Source of the DNA: a virus
Direction: 5' to 3' (one strand)
Length of the DNA: 64,000 bases
Virus record (IMG/VR): IMGVR_UViG_3300030012_005163
Coordinates: 1 to 64,000 of that record
Shown here: piece by piece, positions 1-9,302 of the stretch
Numbering within the stretch: position 1 is the first letter of the stretch
How the letters are laid out: each line of letters opens with the position of its first letter
Made by a program: the position numbers and the translations under genes
Notes under the pieces: generated by a model
Seen by the model: the letters and a program-made list of their open reading frames with translations, nothing else
The model's database searches: none
Told to the model about the DNA's origin: nothing

Positions 1-1659
1 GAAATAATTAAATCATATGAAAAACATAATCGTAATATTGTAACTAAACCAAGACAGGCAGGTGTATCTACAACTACTGCAGCATATATCGCCGCAAAGA
101 TTGCGTTTGGTGATCCTAATAATCCTTGGAAAGTACTAGTATTAGCCAATAAACAAACATTAGCACAAGAGTTTTTAAAAAAAATAAAAGATTTCTTAGA
201 TCAGATACCTGCGTGGGTATGGGGAGTTGGTGAAGGAGACTCTTACTTATCTATTGAAGCAAAAGGGCATATTAAAACCAAAGATACACAATGTGAAGTA
301 AAAGCATTAGCAACTTCTAAAGATGCGTTAAGGGGGTATACACCAACATTTTTAATTATGGACGAAGCTGCGTTTATCGATAATGGTGCTGAGGTATTTG
401 GTGCTGCATTAACATCATTAGGTACGGGTGGTAAAGTAACTCTAATTTCCACACCTAATGGGCAAGACGCATTATATTATAAAACATACGATGGTGCAAA
501 ACAAGGTGATAATAATTTCAATATAATTGAAATGAGGTGGCATGAAGATATAAGATATAACAGAGGTTTAAGGTGGTTAAGAGGGGAAGATGAGGTAATT
601 GAATGTGAAACAGTGGGGAGAGAAACATTAAGATGGGAATATAGTGGTAAAACATACGAAACCAATAGTATAGATATAGAAGATTATAGTGTAATGGTTA
701 ATGATGGATGGAAAGGTTCTTCTCCGTGGTATGAAGAAATGTGTAGAGATATGAACGGAGATAAAAAACAAATAGCACAAGAATTAGATGTATCTTTTGT
801 TTCTTCTGGGGGTAATGTTATAGATGATGAATACATAGAATTTCAAGAACAAAACAATGTAAAAGAACCAAAATATAAGGCAGAGATGGAAAAATCAATG
901 TGGATTTGGAAAGAGCCCGAAGAAGGACATAAATATATTATGGGTGTAGATGTATCTAGAGGTGATGGTAAAGATAGTTCTACTATAGTTATTTTAGATT
1001 TTGATGGTTTAGAACAAGTGGCAGAATTCAAATATAAACTTCCACCAGATTTGTTAGCAGAAATAGTTTATAAATATGGTAATTTATATAACGCATATAC
1101 TGTAGTAGATATTACAGGTGGTATGGGAGTTTCTACAGTTATGAAATTGTTAGAAATGGATTATAAACATTTACATTATGATGATCCTAAGAGTAGAAAA
1201 TTAAGTGAAAAATATGCTAAGACATTATATAAACAAGGTGATAAAGTACCTGGTTTTAATGTAGGGAGTAGTAGACTTCAAATGGTTAGTGATATGGAAG
1301 AACACATTAGAGAAAATAAAACAATAATAAGATCAGTAAGGTTAATATCAGAATTAAAAACATTTGTATATAGAAATGGTAGACCAGATCATATGGATGG
1401 TTATCATGACGATATAATTATGGCATTAGCAATGCCAATATTTGTGGTACAAACTACTTTTAAGAAACTAAAACAGATAGAAAACCAAACTAGGGCAATG
1501 TTAGATAGTTGGACTACTGTGAGTAATAGTAGTAATAAAATCACACCTAAACAAACACATGTAAATCCATTTTATAGTAATACCCCAACATATGAACCTA
1601 AACAAAATAATGGAAATAACGATAATGGCGAATATAATTGGTTATTTGGTATAAAGTAA
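1..1659 (+). CDS. terL: Terminase large subunit (T4 gp17-like), 5' end outside the window
   Basis: Frame 1 is open from base 1 (EIIKSYEKHNRNIVTKPRQAGVSTT...) into the tracked ORF at 358. It has a Walker A-like KPRQAGVST, Walker B FLIMDEAAF, coupling motif LISTPNG, RNase H-like nuclease YIMGVDVSRGDGKDSS and C-terminal HDDIIMA. It lies directly upstream of the portal gene. Confidence 0.93.
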   Translation, partial: EIIKSYEKHNRNIVTKPRQAGVSTTTAAYIAAKIAFGDPNNPWKVLVLANKQTLAQEFLKKIKDFLDQIPAWVWGVGEGDSYLSIEAKGHIKTKDTQCEVKALATSKDALRGYTPTFLIMDEAAFIDNGAEVFGAALTSLGTGGKVTLISTPNGQDALYYKTYDGAKQGDNNFNIIEMRWHEDIRYNRGLRWLRGEDEVIECETVGRETLRWEYSGKTYETNSIDIEDYSVMVNDGWKGSSPWYEEMCRDMNGDKKQIAQELDVSFVSSGGNVIDDEYIEFQEQNNVKEPKYKAEMEKSMWIWKEPEEGHKYIMGVDVSRGDGKDSSTIVILDFDGLEQVAEFKYKLPPDLLAEIVYKYGNLYNAYTVVDITGGMGVSTVMKLLEMDYKHLHYDDPKSRKLSEKYAKTLYKQGDKVPGFNVGSSRLQMVSDMEEHIRENKTIIRSVRLISELKTFVYRNGRPDHMDGYHDDIIMALAMPIFVVQTTFKKLKQIENQTRAMLDSWTTVSNSSNKITPKQTHVNPFYSNTPTYEPKQNNGNNDNGEYNWLFGIK

Positions 1660-1676
1660 TATTTAGTTTTTACTAG

Positions 1677-1684
1677 ATATTTAT
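1677..1684 (+). promoter_or_regulatory. Candidate late promoter ATATTTAT (portal)
   Basis: 27 nt before the ATG; recurring motif. Confidence 0.6.
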
Positions 1685-1711
1685 TATAATAGTAAAAAGA
1701 TATTTAATAAA

Positions 1712-3664
1712 ATGGCAAGAAAAACAGTATTTCAACAGTTAAGTGACTTATTCGGACCTGAAAGAAAACAGGCGGAAAGTAAATCTAGATATTCTATTAA
1801 TGATAAAGAGTTACTAAAAACTCAATCAAAAGAAGAATATGATTATGAGTTACTACAAAAACAACAAGACGCTTATTTAGCGAATCAATGGAAAAAAGTT
1901 GATAATGAGATATATCAACACTCAATATATTACGAAACTACGCGATTAGCATCTTATGCAGATTTTGAGGGAATGGAATTCTTTCCTGAAATTGCAGCAG
2001 CTTTAGATATATTTATGGAAGAATCTACCACACCTAATGGGGATGGTAAAATATTAAATATTTTTTCAGAAAGTAAAAGAGTTAGAAGAATATTACAAGA
2101 TTTATTCTTCAATAGATTAGATATACATACTAATTTACCTATGTGGGTTAGAAACACTTGTAAATATGGTGATAACTTCTTATACCTATCAATCGATAGT
2201 GAAAATGGGGTACAAAGTGTAAAACAATTACCTAATATTGAAATAACTCGTAAAGAGAATGATGGGTTTGGTGAAAACTCTAATTTATCAACTGAAGATA
2301 AATTTAACCCAGTTAAATTTGTTTGGGGACAAAAAGATATGGAATTTAATGCATGGCAAATAGCACATTTTAGATTATTAGGTGACGATAGAAGATTACC
2401 TTATGGTACATCTATCTTAGAAAAAGCAAGAAGAATATGGAAACAATTATTACTTTCAGAAGATGCAATGTTAATATATAGAGTAACAAGAGCACCAGAA
2501 AGAAGAATATTTAAAATATTTGTTGGGAACATTGATGAAAAAGATGTACCAGCATATGTTAATAAGATTGCAGATAACTTTAAAAGAAGTCCTGTTATCG
2601 ACCAACAAACTGGACAGATAGATACAAGATACAATCAAATGGCACAAGATCAAGATTATTTTGTACCAGTGAGAGATCAGAACGCACCTAGTCCAATAGA
2701 TACTTTACCAGGTGCAACTAATCTATCCGAAATTGCTGATATCCAATTTTTACAAAAGAAACTGTTTACGGCATTAAGAGTACCAAAACCATTCTTAGGT
2801 TTTGAAGAAGTGACAGGAGAAGGTAAAAACTTAGCATTACAAGATATTAGATTTTCTAGAACAATTAATAGGGTACAACAAGCAATTATACAAGAATTAA
2901 ATAAAATTGCAATTATACATCTTTATATCTTAGGTTTAGAGGATGAATTAGAAAATTTTACTTTAACACTTAATAACCCATCTACACAAGCGGAAATGTT
3001 AAAAATAGAACAAACTCAGTTAAAGGTTACTTTATATAAAGATGCAGTAGCGGATGCAGGTAATGGGTTTGGGGCATATTCTATGACGAGAGCAAAGAGA
3101 GATATATTAGGAATGTCCGAAGAAGAAATACGTAATGATTTAGAACAACAAAGAATGGAGAAAGCAGCTAGTGCAGAAATGGAACAAACTTCTACTGTAA
3201 TTAAGAAAACAGGTATCTTTGATAGAGTTGATACATTATATGGTGACCCAATGGGTGCTGAAGGAGAATCTGGAGGTGACGCAGCAGGAGGTGATATGGG
3301 TGGAGACACTGGTGGTGATGACTTCGGAGGTGGATCTGACTTTGGTGCAGACTTAGCTGGCGGTATGGATGATGCTGCGGCTACTGACGCAGGTGGAGAA
3401 GCGGCAGCGGCTGAAGCAAGCGCAGCAGTAGAATCAATAGACAAAAAAGAAAATTTATTATTAGAAGAAAAACAACAAAAAATTCTAAATGATAAAGTTA
3501 AAAAATATCAGAATATGTACTTTAAAAGACTTATGGAAAGTATAGATGAAGATGAAAAAGTTTTTAATGTTGAGAATTTAGATGATGAAGTTAATACTAT
3601 AAATTCTAAAATAGAAGAAATGTCTAAAGAAATTGATAGTATTATTGATAATGAAGAAAAGTAA
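1712..3664 (+). CDS. Portal protein (T4 gp20-like) with acidic Gly/Ala-rich C-terminal extension
   Basis: Motifs PEIAAALDIFMEES, CKYGDNF, PYGTSILEKARRIWKQLLLSEDAMLIYRVTRAPERRIFKI, QDYFVPVR, IDTLPGATNL and ALRVPKPFL are typical of T4-type portals; position in head module fits. Confidence 0.93.
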   Translation: MARKTVFQQLSDLFGPERKQAESKSRYSINDKELLKTQSKEEYDYELLQKQQDAYLANQWKKVDNEIYQHSIYYETTRLASYADFEGMEFFPEIAAALDIFMEESTTPNGDGKILNIFSESKRVRRILQDLFFNRLDIHTNLPMWVRNTCKYGDNFLYLSIDSENGVQSVKQLPNIEITRKENDGFGENSNLSTEDKFNPVKFVWGQKDMEFNAWQIAHFRLLGDDRRLPYGTSILEKARRIWKQLLLSEDAMLIYRVTRAPERRIFKIFVGNIDEKDVPAYVNKIADNFKRSPVIDQQTGQIDTRYNQMAQDQDYFVPVRDQNAPSPIDTLPGATNLSEIADIQFLQKKLFTALRVPKPFLGFEEVTGEGKNLALQDIRFSRTINRVQQAIIQELNKIAIIHLYILGLEDELENFTLTLNNPSTQAEMLKIEQTQLKVTLYKDAVADAGNGFGAYSMTRAKRDILGMSEEEIRNDLEQQRMEKAASAEMEQTSTVIKKTGIFDRVDTLYGDPMGAEGESGGDAAGGDMGGDTGGDDFGGGSDFGADLAGGMDDAAATDAGGEAAAAEASAAVESIDKKENLLLEEKQQKILNDKVKKYQNMYFKRLMESIDEDEKVFNVENLDDEVNTINSKIEEMSKEIDSIIDNEEK

Positions 3665-3682
3665 ACTTTTTATTAAATCTTA

Positions 3683-3690
3683 ATATTTAT
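3683..3690 (+). promoter_or_regulatory. Candidate late promoter ATATTTAT
   Basis: 16 nt before ATG 3707. Confidence 0.6.
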
Positions 3691-3706
3691 AAATAAACAA
3701 AAGAAT

Positions 3707-4468
3707 ATGACTAATTTTGGATACATAAAAGATACTTTTAATAATATTTTATCAGAATCAATTTTAAATAAAAATGAAGAAGGTAAAAAATTATTCAAAA
3801 AATACGTACAAACATTAAAAGAGGATGTTAACTTAAAAAAAGAATATCTTATATATAAGAACTTAACTACTAAAAAATTTACTTCAGAATCAGACGCTAA
3901 AGATTATATTAAGGAGAATATATCTTTATTAAAAGATAATAACCCATCAAAAGGGCTTAATAAATTAAATAAAATTTTAGGTGATAAAGAAATAGTTAAA
4001 GAAAATAAAGAAATATATTCTCATATTAATATATTACGTAATACCACTAAAACACCTACCAACATCGAGAGAATACAAGAATCAATTAATTTCTTTAAAG
4101 AAAGAATGTTAAAAGAAGAAACTAAAGTAGAATCACAATATGATGTTGCAGGTGTACCACCTTCAGTATTAACAAAATTAGCAGTTAATAAATTTAACTC
4201 TAAATATGAAAATATTACTGAAGAAGAAAAGAAAATTATCAAAAATGTTCTTAACAGTAACGATGAAGAAAAAGAAGAAACTTATTCTTCATTAAAAAAT
4301 GAATGTATAGACATTATTGATAATCGTCTAAGTGAAAATACAGATTTAGACTTAAAAGACAAACTTTTAAAAGTAAAAGATAAATTATTAAGAATGTCTT
4401 TTAATAAAGAAACTTTCCCAACAGATATTGATAGTATATATAATCTAAAAAATTCTGTAACAGAATAA
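3707..4468 (+). CDS. Hypothetical head-module protein (253 aa, helical)
   Basis: Full-length ORF between portal and protease, preceded by the late motif and followed by a terminator; contains several [ILV]-x-E sites. Confidence 0.6.
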   Translation: MTNFGYIKDTFNNILSESILNKNEEGKKLFKKYVQTLKEDVNLKKEYLIYKNLTTKKFTSESDAKDYIKENISLLKDNNPSKGLNKLNKILGDKEIVKENKEIYSHINILRNTTKTPTNIERIQESINFFKERMLKEETKVESQYDVAGVPPSVLTKLAVNKFNSKYENITEEEKKIIKNVLNSNDEEKEETYSSLKNECIDIIDNRLSENTDLDLKDKLLKVKDKLLRMSFNKETFPTDIDSIYNLKNSVTE

Positions 4469-4475
4469 TCTATTT

Positions 4476-4501
4476 AAACCCACTAAACAGTGGGTTTTTT
4501 T
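4476..4501 (+). terminator. Intrinsic terminator
   Basis: AAACCCACT-AAAC-AGTGGGTTT stem-loop followed by a T run, just after the stop at 4468. Confidence 0.85.
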
Positions 4502-4509
4502 ATGCATAG

Positions 4510-4541
4510 TTTGACATCATTGATAAAAATGATTATCTTTG
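4510..4541 (+). promoter_or_regulatory. Bacteroidota-type housekeeping sigma promoter
   Basis: TTTG (4510-4513), 20 nt, TATCTTTG (4534-4541) is an exact TTTG/TAnnTTTG match. It also reads as TTGACA-17-TATCTT. Confidence 0.8.
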
Positions 4542-4573
4542 TATTAAAATAACATAAAAGAAATTGACTATGA

Positions 4574-5008
4574 ATGAAACGAGGAAAAGAATTAAAATTA
4601 GATTTAAACCCAAATTATAAAATAAAAGTTGGGACAGTAGATAATAAAAATCCAAAAACAATATACATAAATCTCTCCGCTTGGGGACAATTAAAAAAAT
4701 ACGATATAGATTTAAACTATGAAAATGTAATTAATAAAATTAGAACTAGAATTAAACATAAAATCAATAGTTATAATTTAAATGAATTTCATAGAGGTAA
4801 ATATATCGTAGATTTAGATATGAGATCATCAGGTATAAAACCAACAAAAAGAAGTTTTATGTCTTGTGAAATAACATTATTCCAAAAAGAACCTATTCCT
4901 GTTAACAATCCTACAATAGTAAATTCTTCTACACAAATAATAGAAGATGTTATAAAAGATTGTTTAGATACAGATACCCACTTTACTTTTTATAAAACTA
5001 AAAACTAA
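4574..5008 (+). CDS. Hypothetical protein (144 aa) with its own host-type promoter
   Basis: ORF track; follows a terminator and a promoter; no family recognised. Confidence 0.55.
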   Translation: MKRGKELKLDLNPNYKIKVGTVDNKNPKTIYINLSAWGQLKKYDIDLNYENVINKIRTRIKHKINSYNLNEFHRGKYIVDLDMRSSGIKPTKRSFMSCEITLFQKEPIPVNNPTIVNSSTQIIEDVIKDCLDTDTHFTFYKTKN

Positions 5009-5027
5009 ATTTTTTTGTAATAAAGGT

Positions 5028-5035
5028 ATATTTAT
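5028..5035 (+). promoter_or_regulatory. Candidate late promoter ATATTTAT (protease)
   Basis: 20 nt before ATG 5056. Confidence 0.6.
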
Positions 5036-5055
5036 ATGTAAAGTATATCTATATT

Positions 5056-5745
5056 ATGGAAATTTTAAAAAACAATGAGTTAAATAAAAAAGGTATCTTA
5101 GTAGAATATGATGCGGGATACATCTCTCCTAAAGATAATAGACATTTCATTAACGAAATAAATAAACTAACTAAAGGTGGACAAATAGTCGAAGATCCTT
5201 TAGTTGTTTATGCAGTAATGCAAAAATATGATGTGGAGAATAGAAACGGTAGAGTATATCCTGAAAAAATACTTAAAAAAGAATCTGAAAACTATATGAA
5301 ACTTATTGAAGAAAAAAGAGCTATGGGTGAAGCGGATCATCCAGATTCTTCAATAGTAGCTATCAGTAGAATTTCTCATAATGTGACAGAACTATGGTGG
5401 GAAGGTAATGTTCTAATGGGTAAATTAGAAATTATTATGTCACCAGGATTTGTAACACAAGGTATAATATCATGTGAAGGTGATCAAGTAGCAAATCTTT
5501 TAAGAAAAGGTTTAAAAATAGGTGTATCATCGAGAGGTGTCGGTTCATTGAAAAAAGAAAACGGTAAAAATATTGTACAAGATGACTTTGAATTAATATG
5601 TTGGGATGTGGTAACATCACCATCAACACCGGGTTCTTGGATATATAATGAATCACCTTCTAAAGAACAACAGATGTCTGAATCAAAAGAGAATAAAGAT
5701 AAAGATTTACTTATCGATTCATTAGATAATTTTTTATCAGATTAA
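5056..5745 (+). CDS. Prohead core protease (T4 gp21-like)
   Basis: Motifs NRNGRVYP, AMGEADHP (His), IGVSSRGVGSL (Ser) and FELICWDVVTSPS; position before scaffold and MCP. Confidence 0.92.
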   Translation: MEILKNNELNKKGILVEYDAGYISPKDNRHFINEINKLTKGGQIVEDPLVVYAVMQKYDVENRNGRVYPEKILKKESENYMKLIEEKRAMGEADHPDSSIVAISRISHNVTELWWEGNVLMGKLEIIMSPGFVTQGIISCEGDQVANLLRKGLKIGVSSRGVGSLKKENGKNIVQDDFELICWDVVTSPSTPGSWIYNESPSKEQQMSESKENKDKDLLIDSLDNFLSD

Positions 5746-5780
5746 TTTCACAATAAATCCACACTTTTATCATTTTTTGC

Positions 5781-5788
5781 ATATTTAT
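5781..5788 (+). promoter_or_regulatory. Candidate late promoter ATATTTAT (scaffold-MCP)
   Basis: 71 nt before ATG 5860; followed by a hairpin. Confidence 0.6.
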
Positions 5789-5859
5789 AAAAAAATGGCA
5801 CTTTATAGTGCTGCATTTTTTATTATAATAACAAAATGTAAAAAAAACAAAAATTTACA

Positions 5860-7443
5860 ATGGCTACAAAAAGAAAATCAATCATCGAAGAGGCTTTGTT
5901 AGAAGCAAAGTCTTTAGAGGATGCCTTAAAAGCCAATACGAAAGAAATGCTTGCTTCACATATGAAACAAGAAATTGAGAACATCGTTGAGTCGTCTTTA
6001 AATGAGGAAGACGAAGAAGTTGAAGAAATCGATGTGGAAGGATCCGATGAAGAAATGGAAGAAATGCCAGCATTAGATGCTGGAAATGACTCAGAAGAGT
6101 CAGAATTAATGGATTTAGATATCGATCTTGACGCTTTAGCGGGAGACGATGATGAAGAAGTTGAATTAGATGTTGTTGAATTACCCGCAGAATTAGATAT
6201 GGGTGATGAAGAAGAATTAGATTTAACTGGTGCATCAGACGAAGAAGTAATCGCAGTATTTAAGAAAATGAGCGATGAAGACGAAGTTGAAGTTGTTAAA
6301 GACGCTGACGGAATCCACTTAACAGATAACGAAACCGGTGCAGAATACTACATCAAAGAAGGTGACGAACATTATGAAGAATCTTATGACAAAATGGACG
6401 AAAAGTCTGATTGTATGAAAGAGGAAGCAGGATGTGGCAAGAAATATGAAGGTCACGATCATATGGACGAAGAAGTAATGTACGAAATCGAACTTTCTGA
6501 AGAACAACCTTATGGAGGTAATAAAGGAGACGAATCTAAAAGTCGTAGAGATTACATGGAAGAAGGTAAATATGGCGGCAATAAAGGAGACGAATCTAGA
6601 AGCCACAGAGACTATATGGAAGAAGGTGATGACATGTATGAAGGTCATTATGGTGGTAACAAAGGCGATGAGTCTAGAAGCCACAGAGACTATATGGAAG
6701 AAGGTGATGACATGTATGAAGGAAAATATGGCGGCAATAAAGGCGATGAGTCTAGAAGTCATAGAGATTACATGGAAGAAGGTGATGATATGTATGAAGG
6801 AAAATATGGCGGCAATAAAGGCGATGAGTCTAGAAGTCATAGAGATTACATGGAAGAAGATGAAGAAATAGTAGATTTAGATGTTTCTGAAGGTGATGGC
6901 GCAATCGAAGAAGACAAACTTAAAAGACACCAATCAACTGGTTACCAAAGATATAGTGGTGCCAAAGCTGGGTCGGATCAAGCAAGTCCTTACGGTGGTG
7001 TATCAGAATCTAGAAAAAGAAGAACACCTAAAAATGTACAAAAAGTATCGGAATCAAAAATTATGAAGGAATACAAAGAGTTAAAATCCAAAAACGAAGA
7101 GTATAAAGGAGCACTTAAAGTATTCAAGAATAAATTAAACGAAGTTGCTTTATTCAACACAAATTTAGCATACGTAAATAGATTATTCACTGAACATTCT
7201 ACAACCAAATCAGAAAAGATGGAAATCTTAAAAAGATTTGATAATGCAGAAACTATTAAGGAATCTAAATCTATCTACAAATCAGTAAAAAGTGAGTTAG
7301 ATTCTAAGTCACCAATTACAGAATCTGTAGAGAATAAAGTAAATAAGACTGTTAAGTCTTCTAAATCGGATTTAAATGAATCTACTGCATATGTAGATCC
7401 ACAAATAACTGCGATTAAAGATTTGATGAGAAAATTATCATAA
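5860..7443 (+). CDS. Prohead core/scaffold protein (T4 gp22-like), highly acidic, with internal tandem repeats
   Basis: Lies between protease and MCP; very Glu/Asp-rich; C-terminal coiled coil (KLNEVALFNTNLAYVNRLF...ILKRFD); many [ILV]-x-E-S sites. Confidence 0.8.
   Translation: MATKRKSIIEEALLEAKSLEDALKANTKEMLASHMKQEIENIVESSLNEEDEEVEEIDVEGSDEEMEEMPALDAGNDSEESELMDLDIDLDALAGDDDEEVELDVVELPAELDMGDEEELDLTGASDEEVIAVFKKMSDEDEVEVVKDADGIHLTDNETGAEYYIKEGDEHYEESYDKMDEKSDCMKEEAGCGKKYEGHDHMDEEVMYEIELSEEQPYGGNKGDESKSRRDYMEEGKYGGNKGDESRSHRDYMEEGDDMYEGHYGGNKGDESRSHRDYMEEGDDMYEGKYGGNKGDESRSHRDYMEEGDDMYEGKYGGNKGDESRSHRDYMEEDEEIVDLDVSEGDGAIEEDKLKRHQSTGYQRYSGAKAGSDQASPYGGVSESRKRRTPKNVQKVSESKIMKEYKELKSKNEEYKGALKVFKNKLNEVALFNTNLAYVNRLFTEHSTTKSEKMEILKRFDNAETIKESKSIYKSVKSELDSKSPITESVENKVNKTVKSSKSDLNESTAYVDPQITAIKDLMRKLS
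6511..6858 (+). repeat. In-frame tandem repeat, 78-bp (26-aa) unit YGGNKGDESRSHRDYMEEGDDMYEG[KH], five copies (first 60 bp, last partial)
   Basis: Units start at 6511, 6571, 6649, 6727 and 6805; differences between units are mostly synonymous. Confidence 0.95.
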
Positions 7444-7481
7444 AAAAAATAACAATAACAAAACAATAAAAAACTCAAAAA

Positions 7482-9233
7482 ATGGGACATTTATTAAATT
7501 CAGGTGAAGTTGGAAATATCGGACTAGAACACTTGAAACAAATCAGATCTAAAACCATCGGAAAATGGGATTCTTTAGGATTCTTAGAAGGTTTAAAAGG
7601 TCACGTAAAAGAGAACATCGCTCAGTTATACGAAAACCAAGCTTCAGCTTTATTAACAGAAGCTACAGATGCTGGTTCATCTGGTTCTTTCGAAACTGTA
7701 GTTTTCCCTATCGTAAGAAGGGTATTCTCAAAATTATTGGCTAACGATATCGTATCGGTACAGGCGATGAACATGCCAATTGGAAAATTATTTTACTTTG
7801 TACCAAAAACAACTGGAAGAAATCACAATCCTTTAAATGGTAACGCAACTAACGGTTCATTACCAGAATGTGTATTCAGTTCTTGTAGCGGAAATGCCGT
7901 TTCAGAATTCTTACAAAAATCATTATATGATGTATTCTATAATGACGGTATGTTTGACGCATCTAAAGGTACTGCAACTGTACAAGTAGCTGAAGGTTAC
8001 GGTGCAATTGTAAGTGCTAACGGTGAAACTGTTGTTACTGCATTTGCAGACCAACCAGTTGCTGCTGACGGATCAATCAGAAGTCTTTCTATGTGTATTT
8101 CTGGATTCACAACTGCTGGAGCTGGAAGATTAACTGGACCTGACGGAAACGAAATGGATACAGAATCTTTCTTAGCATCATTAAGAATTGTTGCTGACGG
8201 TCCTGTAGTTGACCCAGCTGGTGATACATTTATCGCGGCAGGTGCTTCAATTCCATTTAACGTAACTGCACAGAAATACGGAAGAGGTATCGTTGATTAT
8301 AATGATATCTGTAATCCTGATGGATGTTTATTAGTAACTTTAGATTTAACTACACCTGCGTGTGTTAGTTGTTCTGGAAGTAGCTTTGATGGTTATGTTG
8401 GAGCTTCTGGTGGATCAGTAACTACTGGTTTATCATTCTCTGGTTCTTGGATGCAATATGCAACTTTAGAATTCGCAACTGAAATGGGAGAAGTTTCTTT
8501 CGAACTTGATGAAGTAGTTGTTTCGGTAACTGAAAGAAAATTAAGAGCAACTTGGTCGCCAGAATTAGCACAAGACGTTAGTGCATTCCATAACATTGAT
8601 GCTGAAGCTGAATTAACGGCTTTATTATCTGAGCAGGTAGCAGCTGAAATCGATAGGGAAATCCTTAGAGATTTAAGATCTGGTGCAGCTTGGTCATTAA
8701 GATGGGATTACAACGGATGGAAAAGAGCTAATAATGGTGGTGGATTTAACGCATACACTCAGAAAGAGTGGAATCAGACGTTAATCACTAGAATTAACCA
8801 ATTATCTGCACAAATTCATAAATCAACTCTAAGAGGTGGTGCTAACTTTATCGTAGTTTCTTCTGAAGCTTCAGCGATATTTGATGATTTAGAATACTTC
8901 CACGTATCTAACGCAGCACCTGAGCAAGATCAATACAATATGGGTATTGAGAAGATTGGTTCATTAGGAGGAAGATACACTGTATATAGAGATCCTTACG
9001 CACCAGCTAACTCAATCATTGTTGGACACAAAGGGAAGTCATTATTGGATACTGGGTACATTTATGCACCTTACGTACCATTACAATTGACTCCAACGTT
9101 ACAAAACCCATTCAACTTTGCACCAACTAAGGGTATCATGACTAGATACGCTAAGAAAATGGTTAATAACCGTTTCTATGGTACAGTAACAATTGATGGA
9201 GTTGTAACATTTGATGTTAACTTATTAAGATAA
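7482..9233 (+). CDS. Major capsid protein (T4 gp23-like) with a large insertion
   Basis: Motifs PIVRRVFSKLLANDIVSVQAMNMPIGKLFY, ERKLRATWSPELAQDVSAFHNIDAEAELTALLSEQVAAEIDREI, YAPYVPL and GIMTRY. Confidence 0.96.
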   Translation: MGHLLNSGEVGNIGLEHLKQIRSKTIGKWDSLGFLEGLKGHVKENIAQLYENQASALLTEATDAGSSGSFETVVFPIVRRVFSKLLANDIVSVQAMNMPIGKLFYFVPKTTGRNHNPLNGNATNGSLPECVFSSCSGNAVSEFLQKSLYDVFYNDGMFDASKGTATVQVAEGYGAIVSANGETVVTAFADQPVAADGSIRSLSMCISGFTTAGAGRLTGPDGNEMDTESFLASLRIVADGPVVDPAGDTFIAAGASIPFNVTAQKYGRGIVDYNDICNPDGCLLVTLDLTTPACVSCSGSSFDGYVGASGGSVTTGLSFSGSWMQYATLEFATEMGEVSFELDEVVVSVTERKLRATWSPELAQDVSAFHNIDAEAELTALLSEQVAAEIDREILRDLRSGAAWSLRWDYNGWKRANNGGGFNAYTQKEWNQTLITRINQLSAQIHKSTLRGGANFIVVSSEASAIFDDLEYFHVSNAAPEQDQYNMGIEKIGSLGGRYTVYRDPYAPANSIIVGHKGKSLLDTGYIYAPYVPLQLTPTLQNPFNFAPTKGIMTRYAKKMVNNRFYGTVTIDGVVTFDVNLLR

Positions 9234-9256
9234 TCTTAATAATACAACTTAATATT

Positions 9257-9292
9257 AAAAAGGGTGGAATTTATTTTCTACCCTTTTTTTTT
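9257..9292 (+). terminator. Intrinsic terminator after MCP
   Basis: AAAAAGGGTGGAA/TTCTACCCTTTTT stem with a long T tract. Confidence 0.85.
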
Positions 9293-9302
9293 GTTTTAAT
9301 AG

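Noticed and set aside
243-1031. Short minus-strand ORFs inside terL, and the tracked start at 358
   Set aside because: Frame 1 is open from base 1 and contains Walker A, so 358 is internal and the reverse ORFs are shadows.
3016-3444. 142-aa minus-strand ORF
   Set aside because: Antisense shadow of the GC-rich low-complexity portal tail.
6511-6858. 78-bp repeats as a CRISPR array
   Set aside because: Contiguous in-frame units with no unique spacers; variation is synonymous; no cas genes in the window.
5882-6871. Alternative-frame and antisense ORFs over the scaffold
   Set aside because: Shadows of the acidic, repetitive coding sequence; no promoter or start context.
7810-8460. Intein or intron in MCP (also checked polB and terL)
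   Set aside because: Frames are uninterrupted, and I saw no intein splice-junction or LAGLIDADG motifs.
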